A DNA stretch of 64,000 bases from Sphingobacteriaceae bacterium (GTDB lineage: Bacteria > Bacteroidota > Bacteroidia > B-17B0 > Aurantibacillaceae), in assembly GCA_016705695.1 (NCBI GenBank), contig JADJLA010000008.1, positions 2,089 to 66,088 of the forward strand. The letters are read 5' to 3'. Made by a program: the position numbers and the translations under genes. The notes beneath the pieces are model-generated. The model worked only from the letters and a program-made list of their open reading frames with translations. It was not told where the DNA came from and made no database searches. The number at the start of each line of letters is the position of its first letter. Position 1 is the first letter of the stretch. Below are positions 56,963 to 64,000 of the stretch, in pieces.

Positions 56963-56991
56963 ATTTTAAAGAGCATCTATAAAAAAACTCA

Positions 56992-57114
56992 GTGTTTGGA
57001 TCGAAAAGTTCAGTTTCGAAACTTACGCAGTTTTGAAAATCAAGGAGTTTACTTTTGTAAATGATTGTTTTCAAAACAAGTATAACGATGAAAATGAACT
57101 TTTCGGACAAACAC
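56992..57114. repeat. 123-bp extended-hairpin repeat X, copy 2 (inverted relative to copy 1)
   Basis: Termini gtgtttg...caaacac. cgaaaagttca (57002-57012) pairs with tgaacttttcg (57095-57105). gttttgaaaa (57030-57039) pairs with ttttcaaaac (57068-57077). Apex ggagtttacttttgtaaatga is the reverse complement of the copy 1 apex. Confidence 0.8.
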
Positions 57115-57124
57115 TAAATAATAC

Positions 57125-57132
57125 TATCTTTG
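57125..57132 (+). promoter_or_regulatory. candidate -7 box (TAtcTTTG) for gatB
   Basis: Exact TAnnTTTG, 8 nt before the ATG at 57141 and just after repeat X copy 2. Confidence 0.45.
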
Positions 57133-57140
57133 CATCCCTA

Positions 57141-58592
57141 ATGAGTGTTTACGAAAAATACGAAGCTGTTATTGGTTTAGAATGCCATATTCAGTTGCTT
57201 ACAAAAACAAAAATGTATAGCAACGATGTGGCAGAGTATGGTGCTTTGCCAAATACCAATGTGAGCGTAATTTCGTTAGGACATCCCGGCACTTTACCAA
57301 TGGTAAATAAAACAGCCATAGAATTTGCCGTGAAGTTGGGTTTGGCGGTAAACTCAAACATCAGAGAAGAAAATCAATTTGCGCGTAAGAATTATTTTTA
57401 CGCCGATCTTCCAAAAGGTTATCAGGTTACACAAGATAAAACCCCAATTTGCACAGGAGGATTTGTAAATTATAAAGATAAAGATCAGGATAAACGTTTG
57501 AATTTAACGCGTATTCACATGGAAGAAGATGCGGGGAAAAGTATTCATGATGTGGACCCTTTTCATACACTCATCGATCTGAATCGTGCTGGAACTCCGT
57601 TATTAGAAATTGTTACAGAGCCCGAACTTCGTACAGGAGAAGAAGCTTATGCGTATTTGAATGAAGTGCGAAAATTAGTGCGTTACTTGGATATTTGTGA
57701 TGGGAATATGGAAGAAGGGTCATTAAGATGCGATGCCAACATTTCTGTACGTATAAAGGGCGCTCCTGAATTTGGAAAAAAAGTAGAGGTGAAGAACATG
57801 AACTCTTTTAGAAATGTTCAACGTGCCATTGATTTTGAAATTAAGCGTCAGGTTGATCTTATTGAAAAGAATGAGCCCATTGCTGTTGAAACACGCAGCT
57901 TTGATGCAGTGAACGGAAGCACATTTTCATTAAGGAGTAAGGAAAGCGCAAATGATTACCGTTATTTTCCTGAGCCGGATCTTCAACCTGTTTACGTTAC
58001 AAATAATTATATTGATACTATCAAAAGCAAAATGCCTGTTTTACCGGCGCAATTGTTTGAGCGTTATACAAAAGAATATGGTTTAAGTGATTATGATGCG
58101 TTTCAATTAACCGAATTAAAAGAGATCGCCGCATATTACAATGAACTTGTATCGCATACTAAAAATTACAAGAGCGCTGCCAATTGGGTAATGGGAACTA
58201 TTCGTTCATCATTGAACGACCGAGCCATTACCATTCAAAGATTTGAATTGAAACCGGCAAAAATTGCTGAGATCATTAAATTGATCGATGACGGAAAGGT
58301 GAGTAATACAGCAGCCGCAGCAAAATTATTTCCTGAATTGATTGCAAATTCATCAGCCAGTGCAGAGGATATAGCCAAAAAATTAGACCTTATTCAAAAT
58401 AGTAATTCTGAGGATCTGCAAGGATTTATTAATTCCGTATTAGAAAAATTCCCTGCAAAAGTTGACGAATACAAAGGAGGAAAAGTAGGATTGCTTGGTA
58501 TGTTTGTTGGAGAAGTGATGAAAGCAAGTAAAGGAAAAGCGGATCCTAAATTATTGAACACATTAGTTAAAGAAACATTAGACAAAAAATAG
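57141..58592 (+). CDS. gatB: Asp-tRNA(Asn)/Glu-tRNA(Gln) amidotransferase subunit B
   Basis: YEAVIGLECHIQL N-terminus, full GatB and YqeY-like tail. The ATG at 57141 is preceded by a TAnnTTTG box. The ORF track extension to 57033 runs through a repeat element. Confidence 0.92.
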   Translation: MSVYEKYEAVIGLECHIQLLTKTKMYSNDVAEYGALPNTNVSVISLGHPGTLPMVNKTAIEFAVKLGLAVNSNIREENQFARKNYFYADLPKGYQVTQDKTPICTGGFVNYKDKDQDKRLNLTRIHMEEDAGKSIHDVDPFHTLIDLNRAGTPLLEIVTEPELRTGEEAYAYLNEVRKLVRYLDICDGNMEEGSLRCDANISVRIKGAPEFGKKVEVKNMNSFRNVQRAIDFEIKRQVDLIEKNEPIAVETRSFDAVNGSTFSLRSKESANDYRYFPEPDLQPVYVTNNYIDTIKSKMPVLPAQLFERYTKEYGLSDYDAFQLTELKEIAAYYNELVSHTKNYKSAANWVMGTIRSSLNDRAITIQRFELKPAKIAEIIKLIDDGKVSNTAAAAKLFPELIANSSASAEDIAKKLDLIQNSNSEDLQGFINSVLEKFPAKVDEYKGGKVGLLGMFVGEVMKASKGKADPKLLNTLVKETLDKK

Positions 58593-58596
58593 ATAC

Positions 58597-59778
58597 ATGC
58601 AAAAATTAATTATTGCCACAGCATTACTTTTTACTTTTACAGCTTGCGATAACGCCGAGAAAAAAGGCGCGTTCGAACTTTCAGGAAACTTTACTAACTC
58701 AAAAGGGGAAACCATTTACCTTGAGAAATTAGCAGGGCAACAACCCGTTATTGTTGATAGCACAGTGGTAGATGAAAAAGGAGATTTTGCATTTACTAAC
58801 TACGACGCAAAAATTGGTTTTTACCGCATAAAAACAAGCGAGCAAAATTTTGCCATGCTAGTTTTAGATTCGGCCGACAAAGTAAAAGTAACAGGAAATA
58901 TGGCGGATCTTGGAAATACTTATAAGGTTGAAGGTAGCGCAGAAACTAAACTTTTTATGCAATACAATGATCTTTCAAGAAAACTACAAGTTCGCAAAGA
59001 TTCACTAACTCAGGCTTTTCAATCAACAGCCATGAGCATTGGATTAGATAAGTTACAACAAGTGAATCCTGAATTGGCTGCAAAACGTGGCGATTCATTA
59101 AGTAGAACAATGGAAGAACCTTACATGGCAATGATCGAATCTGAGAATGTAAAATTATCGAGCGTGATCAAGCAAAACACTGGTATGTTTGCTTCCATTA
59201 TTGCTATACAAGCTTTAGATCCGGAAAAATATTATGATGTTTTTGTTGAGTTGGATAAAAACTTAATTAAGAAGTTTCCAAACAATCAAAACGTGTTAAT
59301 GTTTCACGACATGGTGAGCAAAAGTATGGCTTTAGGAATTGGAAATGATGCCCCTGAAATTAATTTACCTGACGTAAACGGAAAGGACCTTGCGCTTTCT
59401 TCATTGAGAGGAAAAGTGGTATTGATAGATTTTTGGGCTAGCTGGTGCAAGCCTTGTAGAGCAGAGATGCCAAGTGTTATAAAGGCGTATAAGAAATTTA
59501 AAGACAAAGGCTTTGAGATCTATGGTGTATCACTAGATCAAACAAAAGATAAATGGGTAGAAGCCATTCAACAGGATGGAATTACTTGGCCACAAGTAAG
59601 CGATCTTAAATATTGGGAGTGTGCTGCTGCACGTCTTTATAATGTTCAAGGCATTCCATTTGCCGTATTAATTGATAAAGAAGGAAAGATTCTGGCGAAG
59701 AATTTAAGAGGCGAAGAATTAGAAAAGGCTATTGAATTAGCACTTAGCGGAAAGCCTCAAGAAGAAGTTAAGCAGTAA
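58597..59778 (+). CDS. TlpA-like thiol:disulfide oxidoreductase lipoprotein (thioredoxin fold with N-terminal DUF4369-like domain)
   Basis: Signal with FTAC lipobox and FWASWCKPC CxxC motif in the C-terminal redoxin domain. Confidence 0.8.
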   Translation: MQKLIIATALLFTFTACDNAEKKGAFELSGNFTNSKGETIYLEKLAGQQPVIVDSTVVDEKGDFAFTNYDAKIGFYRIKTSEQNFAMLVLDSADKVKVTGNMADLGNTYKVEGSAETKLFMQYNDLSRKLQVRKDSLTQAFQSTAMSIGLDKLQQVNPELAAKRGDSLSRTMEEPYMAMIESENVKLSSVIKQNTGMFASIIAIQALDPEKYYDVFVELDKNLIKKFPNNQNVLMFHDMVSKSMALGIGNDAPEINLPDVNGKDLALSSLRGKVVLIDFWASWCKPCRAEMPSVIKAYKKFKDKGFEIYGVSLDQTKDKWVEAIQQDGITWPQVSDLKYWECAAARLYNVQGIPFAVLIDKEGKILAKNLRGEELEKAIELALSGKPQEEVKQ

Positions 59779-59783
59779 TTTTT

Positions 59784-60581
59784 TTGACAGTAAATAAAAA
59801 AATATTCTCTTTTAAATTAGATCGCTACAAACTTCTTGTGGCGATTTTTGCTATTTACACAAACCTATTTTCGCAGCAAACCTATTTTCAACAAGAGGTA
59901 AATTACAAAATTGACGTAAAGCTCAACGATACAGACCACAGCTTAAAAGCCTTTGAAGAATTGCAATACATTAATAACGCAAGTAATTCTATTAGCTATA
60001 TTTATTTTCACTTATGGCCTAATGGTTACAAGAATAACGAAACTGCTTTAGCAAAACAGTTACTCAAATTAAAAAAAACGGAACTCTATTTTTCTAAAAA
60101 AGAAGAGCGAGGATATATAGATAGTTTGGATTTTAAAGTGGATGGAAAGTCGGTTAAAATAGAATACGATGAACAAAATCCTGATATATGTAAATTAGTT
60201 TTGAACGAGCCCCTTCGCTCATTGGATACTGTAAATATTACAACGCCTTTTTATGTAAAAATTCCAGATGCAAAATTTTCACGTTTAGGTCACGATAATC
60301 AAGCGTATTATATTACTCAATGGTATCCAAAACCTGCAGTTTACGATGCCGAAGGTTGGCATCCCATGCCTTATTTAGATCAAGGAGAATTTTACAGTGA
60401 GTTTGGATCGTTTGATGTTTCTATTACACTCCCAAAAAATTATATTCTTTCGGCAACTGGTGATAGAGAAGACAATGATGAGGAGGAGAGCTTTTTTGAA
60501 CGAGAATGTTATTCGTACTTTAACAGCAATGGAAGCCGGAAAGTATCCTACAGACATGACCTTTCCAGCATCAAGTTCTAA
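59784..60581 (+). CDS. M1-family metallopeptidase, N-terminal part (frame broken at T-run 60492-60497)
   Basis: Signal-like N-terminus and M1 N-terminal beta domain. After 60497 the sensible reading continues in the +1 frame. Confidence 0.75.
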   Translation: MTVNKKIFSFKLDRYKLLVAIFAIYTNLFSQQTYFQQEVNYKIDVKLNDTDHSLKAFEELQYINNASNSISYIYFHLWPNGYKNNETALAKQLLKLKKTELYFSKKEERGYIDSLDFKVDGKSVKIEYDEQNPDICKLVLNEPLRSLDTVNITTPFYVKIPDAKFSRLGHDNQAYYITQWYPKPAVYDAEGWHPMPYLDQGEFYSEFGSFDVSITLPKNYILSATGDREDNDEEESFFERECYSYFNSNGSRKVSYRHDLSSIKF

Positions 60582-62859
60582 ATTAAAAACCATAAAATTT
60601 AAGCAATACCGCGTACACGACTTTGCTTGGTTTGCAGATAAACGTTATAATGTTTTGCACGATCAGATCCAATTGCCAAATACAAATCGTACGGTTGATA
60701 CATGGGCTTATTTTACAAATAAACAATTTAATTATTGGAAAGACGCTTTGGATTATGTGAACGAATCCACCATCTTTTATTCATATTTAGTTGGAGATTA
60801 TCCTTACAATAATGTATCGGCTGTGGATGGAGTTATTATGGCGGGTGGGGGAATGGAATATCCGAATGTTACAGTAATAGGATCAGTTGGTTCACGAATG
60901 GAGTTAGATATTACCATTGCTCACGAGGTTGGTCATAATTGGTTCTATGGAATTTTAGGAAGTAACGAGCGCGATCATCCGGGTCTAGATGAAGGAATTA
61001 ACTCATATTACGAAATGAGTTATGTGCGCGCGAAATACCCAAGCTATAAAATTAGCGAGCTTATCGGATTCGATTCAACCCGAAATTTTTTAGGAGCAAA
61101 TAAAATGGCGTATTGGCGCGAAAAGGAAGCGGCCTATTTATTTTCAGCAAAAGCAAATATCGATCAACCAATTGAAACGCATTCACAAGATCTATCCAAT
61201 TTTAATTATGGTTCTATTATTTATTGCAAAACTGCTGTTGTGATGGATTATTTGAGAGATTACATGGGAGATGAAGTTTTTAATAAGGCTATGCAATTCT
61301 ACTATGAGAATTATAAATTCAAGCATCCACAGATGAAGGATCTAGTAAGTACGCTGCAATATTTTAGTGGAAATGATCTCTCGTGGTTCTCACAATACAT
61401 GATCACCGGAAATGCCAAGATCGATCATAAGATCAAACGTGTTAAACGAAATAAAGATAATAGCTACGAAGTAGTTGTAAAGAATAAAACGGGAACGCCT
61501 GTTCCGTTAAATATTTACGGTTATAAAGATGGAAAGCCGGTTGGTTATGCTTGGTTCAATGGATCTGACTCTACTAGGCATTTGGATTTCCCTCCAAGCG
61601 ATGTAGATTATTTTAAGATAGATGGTTTGGATCTTATGCCCGATGTAAATCGTAAGAATAATTATTCCAGAACAAGAGGTGTTTTTAGAAAAGTAAAACC
61701 ATTACAGTTTAATTTGTTAACCAAGCTTCCGGATGCACAAAAAAATCAGATCAATTATCTGCCCATAGTAGGATTTAATTTGTACAATGGATTTATGGCC
61801 GGAATCTGTTTACACAATTATAGTTTTTTCGACAAGAAAGTGGATATTAGTTTAGCACCCATGTACGGCTTTAGAAGTAAGACCTTTACCGGTTTTGCGG
61901 AAACAAATCTTAATTTTTATCCTAAGCATATTTTCACCAAGATCACCGCAGGCGTATTAGCTAAAAGTTTTGCCGATGAATTCTTCTCTATCCAAAATTT
62001 TGCATCAGGAGAAAGTGATTATATTTTGAATTATATTAAAATAAAACCAAATCTCAATTTTGAATTCAAGAACCGCGATAAAACAACGGCGATAAAACAC
62101 ACATTGAGCATGGCTTATAATATGATCTATAAAGAGGAGCTGATGTTTGTGAATAGTAACGTAGCGGCTACAACCTTATACTTTAAAGTAAAATTAAATA
62201 AAGTTATCACCTCGGTAAATTATTTTTGCAACAATAAAAGAGTTATCGATCCGTTTAGTGTGAACGCAAATTTTCAAACTGATGGCATTATGGCTAAATT
62301 AGGCGTAACATATAAACAAACCATAACCCTAAGTAAAAAGTCGGCCACGCAATTACGATTTTTTGCAGGAACATTTTTACAAGGCACCGAAGATCAAAAA
62401 GGCCCATACCGTTTTCGTATGAGTGGAATGAATGGTGTTCAGGATTATTTATATGATGCTAATTTTTTCGGAAGAACAGAATATAGTGGTCCGGCCTCTT
62501 ATCAATTTATAGATAACGACGGTGCATTTAAAGTGTGGACACCTTTAGGACAAAGCAGCACGTATTTAATAACGGCGAATGTAAAGTCACCAAAACTTCC
62601 TAAAACGCCATTTCAATTATTTGCTGATATTGGAACCGCCCAGAAAACCTCTATGAATAAACAACAGGTATTATGGGATCTGGGTATTAGTGCAAACTTA
62701 TGGGATGATGTCATAGAAATTTCTTTTCCTTTATTATATAGCAGCGATATAAAAGAAACTTTAACTTTGAACAATGTGGGCTTCTTTAATACCATTCGAT
62801 TCACATTTAATATGCATAACGTAAAACCAAGAGACTATATAAAGAATAATTTTCTGTGA
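60397..62859 (+). CDS. M1-family (aminopeptidase N-like) zinc metallopeptidase, catalytic and C-terminal part
   Basis: GGMEYPN exopeptidase-like motif, HEVGHNWFYG zinc motif plus a downstream E (DEGINSYYE). The real coding sequence in this frame begins near 60496. Confidence 0.85.
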   Translation: MSLDRLMFLLHSQKIIFFRQLVIEKTMMRRRAFLNENVIRTLTAMEAGKYPTDMTFPASSSKLKTIKFKQYRVHDFAWFADKRYNVLHDQIQLPNTNRTVDTWAYFTNKQFNYWKDALDYVNESTIFYSYLVGDYPYNNVSAVDGVIMAGGGMEYPNVTVIGSVGSRMELDITIAHEVGHNWFYGILGSNERDHPGLDEGINSYYEMSYVRAKYPSYKISELIGFDSTRNFLGANKMAYWREKEAAYLFSAKANIDQPIETHSQDLSNFNYGSIIYCKTAVVMDYLRDYMGDEVFNKAMQFYYENYKFKHPQMKDLVSTLQYFSGNDLSWFSQYMITGNAKIDHKIKRVKRNKDNSYEVVVKNKTGTPVPLNIYGYKDGKPVGYAWFNGSDSTRHLDFPPSDVDYFKIDGLDLMPDVNRKNNYSRTRGVFRKVKPLQFNLLTKLPDAQKNQINYLPIVGFNLYNGFMAGICLHNYSFFDKKVDISLAPMYGFRSKTFTGFAETNLNFYPKHIFTKITAGVLAKSFADEFFSIQNFASGESDYILNYIKIKPNLNFEFKNRDKTTAIKHTLSMAYNMIYKEELMFVNSNVAATTLYFKVKLNKVITSVNYFCNNKRVIDPFSVNANFQTDGIMAKLGVTYKQTITLSKKSATQLRFFAGTFLQGTEDQKGPYRFRMSGMNGVQDYLYDANFFGRTEYSGPASYQFIDNDGAFKVWTPLGQSSTYLITANVKSPKLPKTPFQLFADIGTAQKTSMNKQQVLWDLGISANLWDDVIEISFPLLYSSDIKETLTLNNVGFFNTIRFTFNMHNVKPRDYIKNNFL

Positions 62860-63614
62860 CGCCAGGTAAAAAAATATATTTCGCTTCCGATTTCCATTTA
62901 GGAATTCCTGATCATGAAAAAAGCATGATCCGTGAGAAAAAAATTGTGCGCTGGCTCGATTCTATTAAGGCAGATGCCGAAGAGATTTATTTGGTAGGTG
63001 ATATCTTTGATTTTTGGTGGGAATATAAACATGTTATTCCAAAGGGCTATACACGTTTGTTTGGAAAAATTGCGGAGTTAACGGACTCAGGAATTAAAGT
63101 CAATTTCTTTACAGGCAATCACGACCTGTGGATGAAAGATTATTTTACAAAAGAGTTGAACGTTACAGTGTATCACGATCCTATCGTTCGTACCTATGGT
63201 GATAAAGTTTTTTTTATTGGGCATGGCGATGGATTAGGCCCCGGCGATAAAAAATATAAATTCCTCAAAGCAATTTTTAGGAGTAAAGTATGTCAATGGT
63301 TATACGCGCGCCTTCATCCAAACTTAGGTTTTGCACTTGCCCGAATGGCAAGCATTAAAAGTAGGGTAGCCACCGGGAGCTCCGACGAGATCTTTTTAGG
63401 AGAAGAAAATGAGTGGTTATATCTCTTCTGTAAAGAACATTTGAAGCAAAATAAGGTCGATCTGTTCATTTTCGGACACCGACATCTCACTTTAGATATG
63501 CCTCTTGAGGGCGGAAAAGCCCGTTATATCAACCTTGGGCAATGGCTGAGTTGCAGTAATTACGGGGTTTTTGACGGAAAAGAGCTTTTTATTCAAACCT
63601 TTGAGCCGAAGTAG
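62856..63614 (+). CDS. lpxH: UDP-2,3-diacylglucosamine diphosphatase (LpxH-type calcineurin-like phosphoesterase)
   Basis: FASDFHLG, GDIFDFWWEY, GNHDLW and GHRH metallophosphoesterase motifs. GTGA overlap with the upstream stop. Confidence 0.8.
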   Translation: MTPGKKIYFASDFHLGIPDHEKSMIREKKIVRWLDSIKADAEEIYLVGDIFDFWWEYKHVIPKGYTRLFGKIAELTDSGIKVNFFTGNHDLWMKDYFTKELNVTVYHDPIVRTYGDKVFFIGHGDGLGPGDKKYKFLKAIFRSKVCQWLYARLHPNLGFALARMASIKSRVATGSSDEIFLGEENEWLYLFCKEHLKQNKVDLFIFGHRHLTLDMPLEGGKARYINLGQWLSCSNYGVFDGKELFIQTFEPK

Positions 63615-63850
63615 CCGTATAAGTCTTTCAACAGCGTAAAGTTTGAAAACGGGTCAAATGTTAAAATGGTTATGAACATATTGTTAATAACTATGAAAAT
63701 AGCTACCTTTACCGTTTACTAATTGAGACGTACTGTTTACTAAACCATATGGTATTATTTGTGAAAATTAGCTAAATTTAAAAACTAAACAACGTATAAT
63801 ACTTATAGGTTTAATAATGTAATTATCAATTCTTTAGAGTAAACTAAAAT

Positions 63851-64000
63851 ATGAAGAAAATTATCTACTCGCTTATCGTACTCTTTACCTTACTTGCGTT
63901 TGACTCAAAGTCTCAGGTTTTTTGGTCAGAAGGCTTTGGCGTTGGTTGTAGTCAAGGTCAGTTGGCCAACGCTTTTGCTCCAACTGCAACTAATGGTGCT
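63851..64000 (+). CDS. secreted protein, 5' fragment (continues beyond window)
   Basis: ATG followed by MKKIIYSLIVLFTLLAFDSKSQ signal peptide. Open to the window end. Not in the ORF track because it is truncated. Confidence 0.55.
   Translation, partial: MKKIIYSLIVLFTLLAFDSKSQVFWSEGFGVGCSQGQLANAFAPTATNGA

Noticed and set aside
57033-57140. N-terminal 36-codon extension of gatB in the ORF track
   Set aside because: It begins at a TTG inside repeat X copy 2. The conserved GatB N-terminus starts at the ATG at 57141, which is preceded by a -7 box.

Overview
AT-rich chromosomal core segment with Bacteroidota (Flavobacteriia/Sphingobacteriia-like) hallmarks: about 55 mostly housekeeping genes in tight same-strand runs, no Shine-Dalgarno sequences, and TAnnTTTG -7 promoter boxes close to start codons. 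Typical lineage features include lolA after ftsK, a fused 2-oxoacid dehydrogenase E1 alpha/beta, a DUF4139 protein and a TerB-ABCG fusion. Recognisable genes include a DPP4-like peptidase, cobB, clpS, fahA, moxR, an etfB-etfA-nuclease-apt-acyl-CoA dehydrogenase run, a yceI-marR unit, waaA, nadB, lolD, truA, rlmD, ftsK, lolA, rho, gyrB, gatB and lpxH. I found no tRNA or rRNA genes, CRISPR array, transposase, integrase, prophage or recognisable defence island, and I cannot point to a convincing new multi-gene system. The most unusual content is non-coding. (1) A 123-bp extended-hairpin repeat occurs twice in opposite orientations, with conserved termini and apex but stems that differ in a complementary way. 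(2) A roughly 245-bp TA-flanked MITE-like element occurs twice, each time inserted exactly into the TAA stop codon of a gene and regenerating a TAG stop. (3) A cluster of five REP/BIME-like GC hairpins carries a flanking CGACATAT-type motif in alternating orientation. (4) At least two further inverted-repeat elements are present. At least seven genes are broken or N-terminally displaced at short homopolymer runs, a pattern that points to assembly indel errors rather than true pseudogenes. The Rho factor appears to lack the usual N-terminal helix bundle and starts with an acidic low-complexity tract. Gene sets of unknown function that deserve a look: the secreted proteins plus TerB-ABCG transporter, moxR plus a small acidic protein, patatin plus a large beta-barrel, and the membrane Fe-S pair.
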